Made by a program: the position numbers and the translations under genes. DNA of 63,969 nucleotides, the filler included, from Dimorphilus gyrociliatus (lineage: Eukaryota; Animalia; Annelida), in assembly GCA_904063045.1 (NCBI GenBank). It is 4 parts of 4 records of this genome, joined end to end, with 100 filler letters (N's around TTAATTAATTAA, not from the genome) between each part and the next. Parts side by side here need not be neighbours in the genome. Positions count along the whole stretch, not along the records: positions 1 to 18,533 come from CAJFCJ010000136.1; positions 18,634 to 45,915 come from CAJFCJ010000247.1; 2 more parts are not named here. One strand, 5' to 3'. The notes beneath the pieces were generated by a model. It saw nothing but the letters and a program-made list of their open reading frames with translations, did not search any database and was not told the origin of the DNA. Positions 11,301 through 22,382 of this stretch are shown piece by piece. How positions within the stretch are numbered: position 1 is the stretch's first letter; each line of letters opens with the position of its first letter.

Positions 11301-14300
11301 TTCAATACCATTCTGTGTAATTCTATGACCAAGGAATTGAACTGATTCTTGTAAGAATGCACATTTGCTCAGTTTAATTCTGAAGTCTTTTTCCTTGATT
11401 CTTTCCATAAGTTTCTGTAGAGCTACAAAGTGTTCTTCCAATGTTTTGGTAAAAACTATAATATCATCCATATAATTAATGCAGAAGTTTTCCAATCCAT
11501 TAATAACAAAATTTGCCATGATATAGCTGAAGTGTGAAGGTGCATTTGCCAAACCAAATGGCATGCGGTTGAATTCAAATAAACCAAATGGTGTAATAAA
11601 AGCAGTTTTCTCCTTATCTTCTTCTTTAATTGGAATATGATGAAATGCACTTGTTAAATCCAATATAGAAAAATATTTGTGGCCTCCTCCAAGCTTATCA
11701 AATAAATCTTCCTGATGTGGGATTGGATAACAATTCTTTTTTGATTGCTTGTTAAGTTTTCTGTAATCCACACACATTCTTAATGTTCCTTCTTTCTTTT
11801 TCACAAAAACAATGGGTGAAGCCCATTGGCTTTTGCTTGCTCTAATTAGACCATTTTCCAATAATCCATTTAATTGATCCCTGCATTCCTGCTGTTTGTT
11901 GGGTGGCAATCTGTATGGTCTTTGTTTGAAAGGCTTTATATCTTCCAATAATTCAATTGCCATTGGTGGAACATCTGGTGAACCAATGTCATTCTGATTT
12001 GTAGCAATAATATCTTCATAATTCTTTATCATTTCTTTTAATTCTTCTCTTTTCTTGTCAAGATTATTTTTGGACACATGTAAATAATTGTCAATTTCTA
12101 GTGTATTTGAATTAATATTGTGTACATTTTGATTAGACAAATGTTCAAATTCAATACTTTCCAACTGTAATTCTTCTATTTCAGGAGTAACTGGATTTTT
12201 CTTTTGTTCTTTTTGCACTTTGATAGTTATTCCATCTTCTAATTCTATGTATTGTGGTTTCATTTCCATTTCCATAGCCAAGTCTTCAGTTTCTTCTTCA
12301 GAGGAATTTATGAGAATAACTGAGTCATTGTCAGACTTAGGTATATTTCCAGTCTCTTCATCAGATGAGTCTATAACCATTATGGAATCGTTGTCAGACT
12401 CAATTGTGTTACTGGTCTCTTCTTCAGATGAGTCTATAACAATCATTGAATCATTATCAGGCTCAGTTATGTTATCAAGCTCTTCCTCAGATGAGTCTAT
12501 AACAATCATTGAACCATGATCAGAATCAGTTGAATCACTAATTTCATCTTCAGATGAGCTTGTACCATTGATTATATCCAAATCTGAGTCTGGGCTGTGA
12601 TCTGATTCAATACTTGTTTCTGTATCATAATTTTCAGAAGTACTGGAACTTTCATCTGTGCCATAATTGCTATTTGAATCAAAACCATTGAATCCCTCAT
12701 AAACTATGCTTGAACCATGAGTGTTGCTTGTATCATAGCCAGTATCTGGATCAGTAACTTCCATTTCTGAGTCCACACTATCTGAAACTTCAGATGGAGT
12801 ATCAAAAACTTCAGATGGAGTGTCAGAATCTTCAAAATACTGTCCCATCATTCCAACAGTTACTTTTTTTACACTGCCTTGTTTTCCAAATTTTGTTTGG
12901 TGATTTTCGTTATATTGCAAAAACTTTCTAACTGGTTGTCCTTTTCTGATAAAGAATGGAAGAGAAACTTGTTTTGTTGCAAAATCAATAAGAGCTCCAG
13001 CATTTTCTAAGAAATCACAACCAAGTATTATAGCCATATCTAGTTTTTCCATAATAAAGAATTCTTGTTCCATAATTCTTCCATTAAATTGAATATTCAG
13101 TTTTGTTTTTCCTTTTGTCTTTAAAGCATTTCCCTCTGCTGAAGTGATGATTGGTAAGCCAGTAGTTTCTTTCTTGATGAATTTAGAATCCATTAACCTG
13201 ATTTCTTTTTCTGTAATAAATGACAAAAGTGCTCCTGAATCACATAAAGCAATAACCTCTCTTCCATTATGATTTTTCATTCGAAATTGGAAATCTTTTC
13301 TGCCTTTTACCAAAGAAGTACACTTAAAATGTGCGATTTTCTCTTCTTTCAGATTAAATATTGCCATTCTTCCTTTAGAAATTTCAGTTTCATTAGGTTC
13401 ATCAGGTCCAACATGTATTAGTCTGTTAAAGCTGCCTTTTTCATTATTTCCTGCATTTCCATTTCTTTGTTGTTGAAATCTATTTTGAGAAAAAGGTTTA
13501 AATGTATGTTCATTTTGATTTGAGTTACTCTGATTGTTGTCAAATCTCCTTTTGTACTGTTTGAATTCATTTTCGCTTTCTTTTCTTGCATTATCAAAAA
13601 ATATTTCTGCTCTTTTTGCCAATTTAATATACTGATTAACTGAGTTAATCTTTCCATCTTTTTCCACATGATTAACAATTTTTCCTTTAAGACCATTCCT
13701 GAATACAGTTAACAGTTGAAGTTCTCTAACTCTTTCAGTAACACAAGCCATTTCAGTAGTATTGAATGGTAGGAATTTTTCCACAAGTTCTTTACTTCTT
13801 CTAACAAAACTTTGGACAGTTTCATCATTGAACTGTCTCAATCTATCAATTTCTTTTTTGTAAGCCATAGGATCTGGATTAAATTCTTCATCCAATGCAT
13901 CCCAAATTTCATTTTCATTTGCCATGGAGGGTAAACTTTCAATAACATCTCTGGCTCTTCCAGTAGTGTATTTTCTCAGCATTCGAACTCTTTTCTCTTC
14001 TGTATCCCAAAGGTTTAATTCACAAGCTGTTTGAAAGTTCCTCTTAAAGGCCCAAGTATCTTTGCTACCAGAATAGGGTCTCAGTAAAGTAGTATTAGGT
14101 TTCTCATTAGCATCAATTAGAAGACTTGCAATTGTCTTTTCCAAAGCATTATCTTGAATGCCATCATAACTGAATTTTGGTTGAGTAGGATCAGGATTAA
14201 CCATACCGTCAGGAATTGTAGCTGCCCCAGTCATCAAATGGTACTTTAAAAAGCTATTACCATCAACTTTGGCTCCACTACTTTTAATTCTCAACATTAA

Positions 14301-14483
14301 TTCATTAATTTTTGAAAGATACTCATCTACTTCCTTGGCTCTGGCTTTGTCATTCTCATAAACCAAAATAACATTCATTGAAGTAGCATTGTGGGCTGTC
14401 GACTGCGCCATATTTGTACTTTGTTGTATTGTAATTGTAGGAATTTCTGGTTCGTCACAACTGTAATCGTCCTTTCCAATCAT
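8256..14483 (-). mobile_element. Ty3/Gypsy retrotransposon single-ORF polyprotein, 2075 aa: Gag, aspartic protease, acidic Ser-rich repeat linker, RT, RNase H, integrase (H2C2, DDE, GPY/F), env-like domain
   Basis: PR VIALCDSGA; RT QRPYRLP...WASPIVFVKKKEGTLRMCVDYRKLN...LDLTSAFHHI...MPFGLANAP...YMDDIIVF; RNase H TTDASNYAVGAVL...TDHQNL; IN H-x6-H...CEFC, AMDIMGPL, LTDQGRNF, SNGMVERKN, YKIGDWV..WSGPY; then signal-like IIYTLLAICCLNLVQA and a Cys-spaced ectodomain. No internal stops. Confidence 0.97.
12290..12521 (-). repeat. Four 63-bp (21-aa) coding repeats, D(N/H)(D/G)S(M/I/V)(I/M)(V/L)I(D/N)SS(E/D)EE, in the PR-RT linker
   Basis: DHGSMIVIDSSEEELDNITEP / DNDSMIVIDSSEEETSNTIES / DNDSIMVIDSSDEETGNIPKS / DNDSVILINSSEEETEDL; DNA period 63 bp. 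Confidence 0.95.
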
Positions 14484-15806
14484 TTACCAACTTGCCAAAG
14501 TACTGGTCCAAATAGAACCTTTAAAGTTCGTCCACAAATAGTCTAACAAAGGCAATTTCGGTAGAAATTGATTAACAAAACACCAGTATTTCGTCCAAAG
14601 AATATGTATTGAGTAAAATGAGCTTCTAGTTCTAAACAAGCTAGTTTAAACAACTAGCTGACAGTTAGAAAACTGAACTATCAACTGTTAATTTCGTAGG
14701 GTTTATATACTCTTTTAAAGGTTGATAGTTCACAAATTTCAATGTTCACAAAAACAAAAGTAACATTTGAAGACAAAGAAAAGTTCTAAATATGGTCATG
14801 TTTTTATTGTTTTCCTCTTCTAAATAATAGTTGAATTTCTCAGGTTGGAGAGTTGCATAAGATGTAACAATTTTAGTAGGACAAGTCGAACAATGAAAGA
14901 AAACATGTAGATTGTATATTTGACCGTTTTTATATTCTACCTTAATAATGATATTGAATTGATTGAGTTAGTAAATTTAGCATCAGCATATGCAGAGGAA
15001 GTATATCTGATTAATGCATGTTAAAAAGAACAGTATTGTGTATACAATACTGTTGAATAGTCAATATAATCTAAACTTAGAATTGAAGCATAATTGATAA
15101 TTAGAATTAAGCATTTTTCTACATTGCTTTTCAGTCAAGGTAAGTGCATGGTGAAAAGAAGAATCAATTTTTATACATATTATTTCTTTGGAGCTAAGAA
15201 GCACAGAATTGAAAAACAAACACTTACTTTGACTGAAAAGTAATGTAGAAAAATGCTTAATTCTAAGAAAACTCTAAATGGACAAAAACTTTTTCAGAAA
15301 GGAAAACTTCTGGTGTTTGATGAAAACAAAGGAACATATTTCAAATGGCCAAGAACAACAGTTATTGAAGAATTCACAACAATATTACAAATTGGTAAAG
15401 CTTATTGGCAACCTAGGCAAGACAAAATAACTACAAATCTGGAATATATGGAAGACTGTATTGAATCATTATCAGACTCAGTTGAATTACTAATTTCATC
15501 TTCAGATGAGCTTGTACCATAGTCAGTATCTGGGTCAGTAACTTCCATGTTTGAGTCCACAATATCTGAAACTTCAGATGGAGTATCAAAAACTTCAGAT
15601 GGAGTGTCAGAATCTTCAAACTGTTGCCCTATCATTCCAACAGTTACTTTCTCCTTATTTGCTGGTTTTCCATGCAGAGAAACAATCCAGCTATGAGATG
15701 GCCAAATACATTCAGTGCCAAAAAATCGACTTGGACATTCAATTAAAATAAAAAAGAAAAATGAATGCAAAAATCATGGCAAGGAATCATTGTTGTATTG
15801 TCAAAC
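14415..15806 (-). repeat. Right arm of the inverted duplication, i.e. the 5' flank/leader of the retroelement; a mosaic of an inverted env fragment (~15140-15460, + strand) and a PR-RT linker fragment (~15462-15670, - strand)
   Basis: 15253.. reads KTLNGQKLFQKGKLLVFDENKGTYFKWPRTTVIEEFTTILQIGKAYWQP, homologous to env at ~8560-8760 but on the opposite strand. 15462-15670 matches KVTVGM.GQ.FEDSDTPSEVFDTPSEVSD. Confidence 0.9.
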
Positions 15807-15812
15807 GGGGTC

Positions 15813-15988
15813 GGGTGTGAACGTACCTGGGTGCGAACGTACCCTGGTGCGAACGTACCCTGGTGCGAACGTACCCTGGGCGGGTGCGAACGTACCCTGG
15901 TGCGAACGTACCCTGGTGCGAACGTACCCTGGGCGGGTGCGAACGTACCCTGGGCGGGTGCGAACGTACCTGGGTACGTTCGCACCCT
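15813..15988 (+). repeat. Subterminal motif array GG(G)TGCGAACGTACC: 9 direct copies and 1 inverted copy
   Basis: gaacgtacc at ~15819, 15835, 15851, 15867, 15888, 15904, 15920, 15941 and 15962, then ggtacgttcgcaccc at ~15973. The same motif appears at 18516-18530. Confidence 0.95.
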
Positions 15989-16492
15989 ATTTTTATATTT
16001 ATTTTATTTTTGAATTTTTGAATAAACATGTACATTGACACCCTTTTTTCCTTCTGTTCCTTCATTATATATTTGTTAATATATTGATTTGATAGAATGC
16101 AGATATTAAATAGAATACATATCCCATCAATATTAAATTACTACTTTAAAAGAAAATGTTGTTGAAAGTGAAATAGCAGCCATTTTAATAGTGATAGTTT
16201 TATTAAATAAACTTTCACTTGGAATATTTATCCTTGCAAAAGTAAAGCTATATTTACTGAATAAATTTGGACAAAGTTCTTCTTGGAAGCTTCAACAGAA
16301 GTGAGTATTTATATCTAATCATTGAGATTGTTGATTCATGATATTTTGATGTAATATACTATCTTCAATTGTGAAAAAGCTGAATATTTTTCATAAATAA
16401 AATTTCAGCCATTTTGAATATTTGGAAAGGAAATTTATTGATAACTGGAAATATTTTTAGATAACCATCTACATTTGATTGAAGATTAAAAA

Positions 16493-18460
16493 ATGGCTTT
16501 CAAATGTCACAATTGTCATTCAACAATTTATGGAAGGCAAAAATATTTGAAATGCAGCCTTTGTAAGAATCTTATTCATAGGAAATGCACAGGTATGTAA
16601 CTCTTTAATCAGCTTTCATGTAATTATATTTTTTAACATATTCTTATAGAAACACATAACATACCAATTTGCAAACCTTGTAACAAAAGAAAATGTACTG
16701 TCATGCTCAAGAAGTTAACTAATCTGGAAATTCATCAATTCAAAGTAAATTCTGAAGAAAGCTTTATTGATGAAAGAAATAAGATTGCTGCAGTTGAGGA
16801 ATCAATATTGGAGGATGAAAATCATGTTCTTTCAGAATGCCAATCAATGGACCTAGACTCTTTGGAGGAAGTTGAAGAGAATGCTGAAGAATATTGTGAA
16901 TCATCCACAAAAAGTGATTTTGAGATTGTAAAAGGAGGAAGTAGAAAGGGACATGACATTTTACTGAATGATGGATATTCTTTTGTTGTTAAACATAAAA
17001 CACCATCAAGTACTATTTGGGTGTGCAGTGTGAGAAGTAAGAAGAAAAGATGTGTGGCCAGAATAAGACAAAATGGAAATTTATTTCTCAAAGGCAATTT
17101 GGAACATAATCACAACAGAAAAAAGAATTTAGAAGTGGATATTAAAGTGAAAACAGATTTGAAAATTGTTTGCAGAAGTGATAATCAAACATCTGGAAGA
17201 AGCATTGCTGAAAAAGTTCTTCTATCCTATGAACCCAATGCAACTTGTCTTCCTGATATCAACTATTTGAAGAGAATGGCAAACTCAAATAGACAAAAGT
17301 TTAGGCCAGTGGAACCTAAAGTGTACAACTTTAATTTAGATGAAACATTTTTGCCTGATGAATTTTTGCAGAAAGATATTTGTGAAAATGGAGAAAGAAT
17401 TTTAATCTTTGCAACAAACCATCAGCTGAATTTATTATCAAAATCCAACTGTTGGTACATTGATGGTACTTTCAAGATTGTAAAAGAACCATTTTATCAA
17501 CTTGTCACTATTCACTCATTTGTTAAGAAGAGTGGTGATATGAAGCAAGTTCCTCTTGTTTTTATTTTTCTGACTTCAAAGCATACCAAAGCATACTTAC
17601 AAGCATTTCAAGTAAATATTTCATATTATCTCTTCAAAAGTGATGATAAATAAAGTTGCTTTTTTGTAGCATATCAACAATCTTATCAATGATTTTCATC
17701 CAAAAAGAATTACAATGGATTTTGAAAAAGGACTATGGAAAGCATTATCAAAAGTATATCCCCTCACTGAATTTCAAGGTTGTGTATTTCATTTCACACA
17801 AGCAGTATACAGGAAAATACAAGTCAGTTACATTCAAATATATATAACATTATCTATTAAATAACTTATATTATTGAATAGGCTCTTGGCTATGTAAAGA
17901 AATACAAAGAAAAAGGAAATGATTGGAAAGATTTCAGAAAATTGATGGCTCTGCCATTCTTGCCAGCACATATTATTCAACCAACATTTGACAGCATAAA
18001 TGCAGAACTTTGTGAAAAAAATAGATTTTTGGACCTGCTGCAATACTTCCAAACAAACTGGATCAAAAATAAATTATGGAAACCAAATAACTGGTCAGTT
18101 TTTGGTTTGTCTATTAGGACCAATAATGATTGTGAAGGATGGCATCAAAGAATGAATAGTAAGCTGCCTGCTAAAGGTTCTTTTTACATGCTGGTTGATG
18201 AGCTAAAAAAAGAGTCTGAGTTGATTGCAGTTTATGAGAAATTACTGTCAGAAAAAAGGATTTACAAACATCAAAAGAAAAAGTATATTGACATCCAAAA
18301 GAAAATTTTTGATTTATGGGATGATTTCAAGTTGAACAAATTGACATCAATTGATCTATTAATGCAGACATCCCATATCTACTCTCCCAGCATAAATATC
18401 ATTTGTCAAGCTTTATTGTTTTTTAATATAATATTTAGTCTTTTAAATACATACTTTTAG
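16493..18460 (+). CDS. MULE transposase with N-terminal PHD-type and FLYWCH zinc fingers, ~597 aa, four exons (16493-16592, 16650-17611, 17670-17822, 17882-18460)
   Basis: Exon phases join without stops. PHD CHNC..CSLC..IHRKC..CKPC; FLYWCH YSF..WVCSVR..KRC..HNH; catalytic WYIDGTFK..FYQLVTIH, TMDFEKG..GCVFHFTQA, RTNNDCEGWH. Introns are 57, 58 and 59 bp, all GT-AG. Confidence 0.9.
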
Positions 18461-18533
18461 ATTTATAGCTAAATCTTTTATTCAAAAATTCAAAAATAAA
18501 ATAAATATAAAAATAGGGTGCGAACGTACCAGG

Positions 18534-18633
18534 NNNNNNNNNNNNNNNNNNNNNNNNNNNNNNNNNNNNNNNNNNNNTTAATTAATTAANNNNNNNNNNN
18601 NNNNNNNNNNNNNNNNNNNNNNNNNNNNNNNNN
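18534..18633. other. Artificial contig spacer (44 N + TTAATTAATTAA + 44 N)
   Basis: The same 100-bp construct occurs at 45916 and 56611. The 12-mer gives stop codons in all six frames. Confidence 0.98.
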
Positions 18634-19130
18634 AAAATTAAATAGATGAGATTGAAAAATTAAGTAGAACTTCAAACAATTGTATCCAAATGGTTATTAG
18701 AAAGGAAAAATAGATCAAGTAAAAAACCAGCTAATTCTAATCCGGTGTATCAAAAGACAAATAATATATGATTCTTTGAGAAAGAACACTTAAAACTCAT
18801 AAAAAAATAGAATTCAACAATATTTAGAAAATAACAATATACAAAGGCTTTTATAGGTTATTATATTATAAAAATCAAACGAAAGAATTTATTAATAATT
18901 GAAAATATTATCCTTTGAGTTTCTTATTGCTAGTTTTCGTTTAGTATAAAAACTTTTTTATAAATCATTATATTTAAAATATTATCAATAAAATTAATAA
19001 TAAAAAAACCAAAATCTAATTTTTATTATTGAAAGAATAATTATCTTCAATCTATATATTATAATTATAAGTAATTTGATTTATTTCTTTATTATTCTCC
19101 ATAAAAATAAATATTTATTTTTTTTAAAAA

Positions 19131-19140
19131 TTTACCCTCA
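19131..19140 (+). promoter_or_regulatory. CCC start-proximal motif typical of microsporidian genes (example; also before ATGs at 24390, 26772, 29770, 33957, 38086, 43649-, 45149, 62438- and 62643)
   Basis: CCC lies within ~20 nt upstream of the ATG in most intronless genes of contigs 2 and 4 despite very low GC. Confidence 0.8.
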
Positions 19141-19785
19141 ATGAAAAACAATTCAAACTTATCTAATAAAGAGCTTCTACGACTTAATCCTCGTAAAATC
19201 ACTAAGAAAGAAGAACAGCCATTACGACAAAGGATTATTGAGGCCAAAAAAGATGCACTTGTAAGTGCCTTAAAAGTTCCACCAGCTATATACCAGTTCC
19301 AAACAACTCTAGATGAGGGTTTATTTGAGAAAGCTAAAAGTATTTTTTCTAAATATAAACCAGAAACTAGGAACGAAAGACTTAAAAGACTTAGTGATGA
19401 AAAAACCAATGGAAGAACTGGAAATAAGCCTATCATTGTCAAATCTGGTATACGACATATCACTAATTTAATAGAATCCCAGAAAGCTAAACTTGTATTA
19501 ATTGCTGCAGATGTTAATCCTATAGAGATAGTTTTATTTTTACCTACTTTGTGCAAAAAGATGAATGTTTCATATGCTTTTGTTAAATCTCAGATAGATC
19601 TAGGTGCTTTTGTAGGAAGAAAAAAGACTACATGTGTTGCTTTATGTGATGTATCCAAAGATAAGAAACTACAGTTTGAGGATTTAATCAAGTCGTGTGA
19701 TGAGATTTTTTCTAATAATTATAATTATATGATGGGTGCATGGGGAATGCCCAAAAAGAATGAAGTTACATCTAAAGCCAATTAG
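19141..19785 (+). CDS. RPL7A: 60S ribosomal protein eL8 (L7a/L8), shortened microsporidian-type form
   Basis: LKVPPAIYQF, YKPET..ER..RL, KSGIRHITNLIESQKAKLVLIAADVNPIEIVLFLPTLCKKMNVSYAFVKS..LG..VGRKKTTCVAL, WG. Intronless; CCC at 19135-19137 just before the ATG. Confidence 0.95.
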   Translation: MKNNSNLSNKELLRLNPRKITKKEEQPLRQRIIEAKKDALVSALKVPPAIYQFQTTLDEGLFEKAKSIFSKYKPETRNERLKRLSDEKTNGRTGNKPIIVKSGIRHITNLIESQKAKLVLIAADVNPIEIVLFLPTLCKKMNVSYAFVKSQIDLGAFVGRKKTTCVALCDVSKDKKLQFEDLIKSCDEIFSNNYNYMMGAWGMPKKNEVTSKAN

Positions 19786-19860
19786 TTTTAATAATTAAAT
19801 CGATACTAATTTAAAAATTTTATAATCTTACTTTAATTAAATTTATACACAAAATTACTA

Positions 19861-21099
19861 TCAAAGGTAATTAATTCGGAGATCAAGAGGAGGATGGCCA
19901 TTTTTTAAAGCATTATAAAGAAATGTTGGCTGTACATATTCATCTGAGTCTACTAAAATCGTAAATAGTGTATTACCCAACTCAGGACCATAACTAAAAG
20001 ACTTAGAGAAAAAATCAGATCTAATTTCAGATATTTGTGATGTTAGTTTATAAATTATATGGATCCATTGCTGTATCAAAAATAAATATATTAGTGACAA
20101 GGCCATAAAGGCTGTAAAAAAGGAGATTTTATCGTTCTGGAACTTAGGCGCTATTTTTTCATATATCAATAGAAAAATATACATTTCAATAATTATAAGA
20201 CTTACCAAAACGGCAGTCTTTTTAATTAAAGAATTATCATAAGCATGTCCTATTTCATGTAGAAAGACAGAAAATAACATTTTCTCGCTGTGGGATTTTT
20301 CAAAATCTCCATATATTTCTATTCTTTTCTTTTTTCCATAGCCAACTAATGCAGCATTGGTTTCCTTAGAAGGGTCTATTTCTTGATAAACGCTATTCTG
20401 AAGATTAAATCTCATTAATTGTTCTTGAATAGCTTGTGGATATTTTTCAACTGTTATTTTCTGCATTTTACTTAAATCAACATCATCAAGCTGTACAAAT
20501 TCTAATACTAACTTTAAAAGAAGTGCAAAGTATAGAGCAGCTATTAACTTCTTTCCAAAGTTTTCAAATAGAACAAATGCAGTAAAAATAAAAAGAGGTA
20601 TAAATATAAAATAACCTCCTATTATACACAATAAACCTAATAGTAATTTGAATAGGTTTAACTTTTTTGTGTCTAAAATTTCTGATGTATAGTAAATAAT
20701 ACCATAAGATGTTATGATTAAGTTGAGAAGATTAATCTCATGTCTTCTTAACCCCCTAAAGTTGTTTTTAACAGTTCCTATTTTTTTATTCGCCAATTTA
20801 ATTCCAATCAATAATAATGCAGGGTTAAGAAAGAAAACAGATAAAATGACCAACATTGAGTTCTCATATAAAGTTGATGTAACATGCCTCATTTTTTTAG
20901 AACATGCATTCTGTTGTGATTTGATAAAAGATTCATGCTTATTATTAGCCAAATCTGCCAATTTGGTATTTTGCTTTATGCCTATTTTATTTCTATTTAC
21001 TGCATAGCTAAACATTAGAACTGATATAAGTTCATATAATATTACCAAAATAGTTACACTAAATATAATATAAAACCCAAGTGTATAAATCTTCTTCAT
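19861..21099 (-). CDS. Membrane zinc metalloprotease, M48 family (Ste24/CAAX prenyl protease-like)
   Basis: Multiple TM segments; ETNAALVG, FLHEIGH (HExxH), SEIRSD (third Zn ligand), HPPLDLRI C-terminal motif. Confidence 0.88.
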   Translation of the reverse strand: MKKIYTLGFYIIFSVTILVILYELISVLMFSYAVNRNKIGIKQNTKLADLANNKHESFIKSQQNACSKKMRHVTSTLYENSMLVILSVFFLNPALLLIGIKLANKKIGTVKNNFRGLRRHEINLLNLIITSYGIIYYTSEILDTKKLNLFKLLLGLLCIIGGYFIFIPLFIFTAFVLFENFGKKLIAALYFALLLKLVLEFVQLDDVDLSKMQKITVEKYPQAIQEQLMRFNLQNSVYQEIDPSKETNAALVGYGKKKRIEIYGDFEKSHSEKMLFSVFLHEIGHAYDNSLIKKTAVLVSLIIIEMYIFLLIYEKIAPKFQNDKISFFTAFMALSLIYLFLIQQWIHIIYKLTSQISEIRSDFFSKSFSYGPELGNTLFTILVDSDEYVQPTFLYNALKNGHPPLDLRINYL

Positions 21100-22382
21100 T
21101 ATATTTTTATTAAACTCTGTTTTATAAGTATTTAAAACTAAACTTCTGTCTCAGTTCTAAAACAACAAAAAATCTAGACTTTGATTCAATATTAACAGTG
21201 TTTTGATTATAATGGCTTTAGGTATATAATAGCTAAACTACATTATCTTACATGCATTTTCAATATATACAATTTAACGAATATGGCTCAAAGTTAGCAT
21301 GAAGTTTGTTTATACAAACGAATTTATGCTTTTATTTATAGATAGCCTCTTTATTGTAATAAGGTAAGAAGCTAATCTCTCTTTCGAATTTTTTTAAACA
21401 CTAATCGTGTATTTTAGCACATATTCATTCATTAGCATAGCCATTTTATAATCTATATTTTGATGAAACTCTTAATTAGTATTTATTGGGAAAAAAGCTT
21501 ATAATCTAATTTTTCTAATAATATTATTTCAAAAAGGATATGCATTTTATAAGTATACTGTTTATTTAAGAATGATATCAAGTTAGTTCGAAGTATACAA
21601 TCCTACTGGTATTAACATGGTTTTTGTACTCAACAATAATGATATTTAATTTACACCAAAGAATATTCTATTTCATCATTATTTATATGTTAACAACTTA
21701 TTCCTAAAATAAAATTTCTGACTACGATGTAATATTTGAGTAACTGAAATAGATGTTCGGCAAAGGGAAATTATGGATAGAAAGGGGAAAATCATACACC
21801 TATGAACTGAGACTGTCTACTTTATAATATTTATTTTGGGTATTTGAATAAAAATACTGATCAATTAGAAAAAAAGCCTACTATAAATACTATTTTATAA
21901 TAAGTTTATTTTATTGAGTTTTAATCACATGCAAATACACACAATTTATTCGTGTATTTAGTACAGATAAGAATATAGAAAATGGATTTAAAAGGATGCT
22001 TTAATTAAATACATAAAAAAATAGTATATATTTTTAAAGAATATATAGGTTGTGTTTAAACAAATTAATAAAACGTTAGTGAATATACCTTTTAAATATG
22101 AAGTATTATAGATAGAATAGCAGTTCAATGACTATCCAAATTTAGACCTTTGAATTTTATCATATCTAATGTAAATATCAGCTCCATTACTTTCCTTAAC
22201 ATAAAATATAAAAGAAAAATAGTAATTAAATATAATAATAACGATAATACGCATTAAATAGCAAAGTTATAAATAATTATACTAAGAAAGTAAAAAATAA
22301 ATAATGGTTATAAAAGTATAAAGTGTTAAGTATATCTGCATTAAAGGCGATTATACTGATTTAGGTGGATATTTAATACATA

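Larger units (their letters stand above)
15807..18533 (+). mobile_element. Mutator-like (MULE) DNA transposon with long TIRs containing short tandem repeats; right TIR truncated by the contig end
   Basis: Left TIR 15807-~16026 starts GGGGTCGGG. Its inner part (cgcaccctatttttatatttattttatttttgaatttttgaataaa) is the exact reverse complement of 18477-18522. It encloses the MULE transposase gene. Confidence 0.92.

Noticed and set aside
12220-12519. Ser-rich 99-aa ORF on + (also 10115, 10591, 11456, 13418 and 164)
   Set aside because: Antisense or off-frame shadows of the polyprotein.
15715-16065. Four overlapping ORFs with RTYPG/CERT/GTFAP repeats
   Set aside because: These are translations of the GC-rich MULE TIR motif array, which lacks stop codons in several frames.
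18534-18633. Horizontal transfer between animal and microsporidian DNA; TTAATTAATTAA as a biological motif
   Set aside because: Every taxon switch coincides with an identical synthetic spacer, so adjacency carries no information.
19092-19556. 154-aa minus-strand ORF, and similar shadows at 20714, 29886, 38118, 38349, 43195 and 57100
   Set aside because: Antisense to well-supported genes, with no motifs of their own.
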